DNA from: Octopus vulgaris
Lineage: Eukaryota
NCBI GenBank assembly: GCA_951406725.2
Contig: OX597827.1
Span: 38,502,001-38,566,000 of the forward strand
Length of the DNA stretch: 64,000 nt
Direction of reading: 5' to 3'
A model generated the notes under the pieces. It saw only the letters and a list, made by a program, of their open reading frames with translations, had not been told where the DNA came from and made no database searches. The position numbers and the translations under genes were made by a program. Below, one piece after another: positions 62,401 through 64,000 of the stretch (within the stretch, counting starts at the first letter, position 1; each line of letters begins with the position of its first letter).

Positions 62401-63179
62401 GAAAGCAAAAATTTGCACCAACGAACCGGGGCGCGGGAGAGGACTTTCGGAAAATTCACATGAAACGATTTTTTTCCTCATAATTTTTAGGAAAATGGGT
62501 ATCTTTCAATGAAATTTTATGTAAATACCTTCCAAAAAGGCCTAGATTACGATTATAAAGAAATTTGTGGGGGAAATATTTTTCCGAGGGAGTGGGGAGA
62601 AGACTTTCGAAGAGAAAGAAATTCATTTTTTTTTTTTTTTTTGGCTTGAGTGTAATGGAAGTAAGTTTGAAAAAAAATTTTTAATTCATTTATTTTTCGC
62701 TTGAGTAATAGAAAAAGGTTTTTTTAAAAAGATCTCATGTATCATGTTGAGAGAAACAAATTCATAAATACGGTGTCGAATATGGTTTCACTATGGAAAA
62801 AACTTAAGGGCGATTTAGCTGTTGTTTTTAGCACATCTCCACCGCTGGAATCTTTTTTAAAATCCTTTTGCTATTACTCAAACAAAAAGTAAATGAATCT
62901 AACAATTTTTTTTTCAAACTTACTTCCATTACACTCAAAAAAAAAAAATTTATGAATTTCTTTCATCGAAAATCCTCTCCCTACACCCTCAGAAAAATTT
63001 TCCATATAAATTTCTTTATAACCGTAATCTAAGCCGTTTGAAAGGTATTTATATAAAATTCCATCCATAAAGATATCCATTTTCCTAAAAATTATAAGGG
63101 AAAAAATCGGATCTTGTGAAATTTTCAAAAGTTATCTCCTCACCCTACCCCCGGTTCGTTGGCGCAAATTTTTGTTTTC
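62401..63179. mobile_element. Fold-back element with ~330-bp diverged inverted arms
   Basis: AAAAATTTGCACCAACGAACCGGGG pairs with CCCCGGTTCGTTGGCGCAAATTTTT, and GAGTGTAATGGAAGTAAGTTTG pairs with CAAACTTACTTCCATTACACTC; spacer ~115 bp. Confidence 0.85.
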
Positions 63180-64000
63180 ATATTCGCTTAATACATATTT
63201 TTTACACCCATTACGCTCTTTTTTGGTTTGTTTTGGTGGTCGGTTGTTAAAGTAAACATTAACCACTTAGACTAATGATTTTATTCGGCTACCAGGTTTT
63301 AGCAAGACTCCCCACTGTGTTAACAATGTGACATACCTACAAAAGTGTGACCACCACCCATGATTTTGTTAATCTTTTATCGTTTACCCTTTACTTATTT
63401 CAGTCATTAGACTGCAGCCATGCTAGCGCATCGGCTTGAAGAGTTTTTAGTCGAATGAATCCACCCGACTCAAGTACATTTTTTTAAAGACTGGTACTTA
63501 TTCTATCGGTCACTATTGCCGGACCTCTAAGTTATGCGGACATAAACACACCAACACGGGTTGTGAAGTGGTGGGAGGGTGGAAAAACAGAAGTACAGAC
63601 ACACACGTGGGTGTGTGGGTGTGAAATTGCAAGGAGCATTTGAACGATAACTGACGGAGAATGAGCAACGTCTTGTGTGTAAATCTTCCATTTGTTCGTT
63701 TGTTGTGTTTCTGTTTAAATTTTGGAACTTATGCCAAATCTACTCGCAAAGGTTTGGTTGGATTAAGGCTATAGTAGAAGACACTTGCTCGAAAAACCAC
63801 ACAGTGGGACTGAACCTGGAAGCATGTAGTTGGGAAGCAAACTTCTTACCACACAGCTACGCCTGCGCCTCATGATTGTCAGAAAAAGATATTTTTTAGT
63901 GAAATTTTCTACAAATACGTTTCAGAACGTGTTGTTGCCGTTTATATCAGAATTTTTCGTGATTTATATCAGAATTTTTCGATATCAGTTGATTTTGTTT

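Noticed and set aside
97-63875. Most short ORFs in the track (YIYIYI, HTHTHT, CVCVCV, FPCWHGLD, HAVGLNPEP types)
   Set aside because: They are microsatellite or SINE translations recurring in many copies, with no protein-family signal.

Overview
AT-rich, microsatellite- and SINE-dense eukaryotic genomic DNA; the repeat families suggest a coleoid cephalopod such as Octopus (inference). Two intron-rich genes converge. On the + strand is the 3' half of SMAD4/Medea: a 39-nt linker exon plus four MH2 exons (5490-17980), with the upstream exons mostly outside the window. On the - strand is an apparently complete beta-sarcoglycan gene (SGCB; six confident exons 49063->34558 plus a candidate first exon at 62005-61991). 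The rest is transposon debris: tRNA-derived SINEs, RTE/CR1/L1-like LINE remnants, mariner/Tc1 fossils, several MITEs, solo-LTR-like elements and minisatellites. Main things worth a second look: (i) a dispersed set of minimal type-I hammerhead ribozyme motifs, three with intact cores, two of them in the sense strand of SGCB introns, plus one decayed copy behind a tRNA-like Pol III head; (ii) a 453-bp three-piece templated-insertion mosaic with microhomology junctions; (iii) a ~620-bp foreign coding-like fragment with a signal-peptide-like start that splits a SINE in a SMAD4 intron; (iv) a single extra base that replaces the conserved SMAD4 PLD-stop ending with a new tail; (v) a near-perfect 340-bp triplication. 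All identifications were made by eye from remembered protein and repeat families; no database searches were run.
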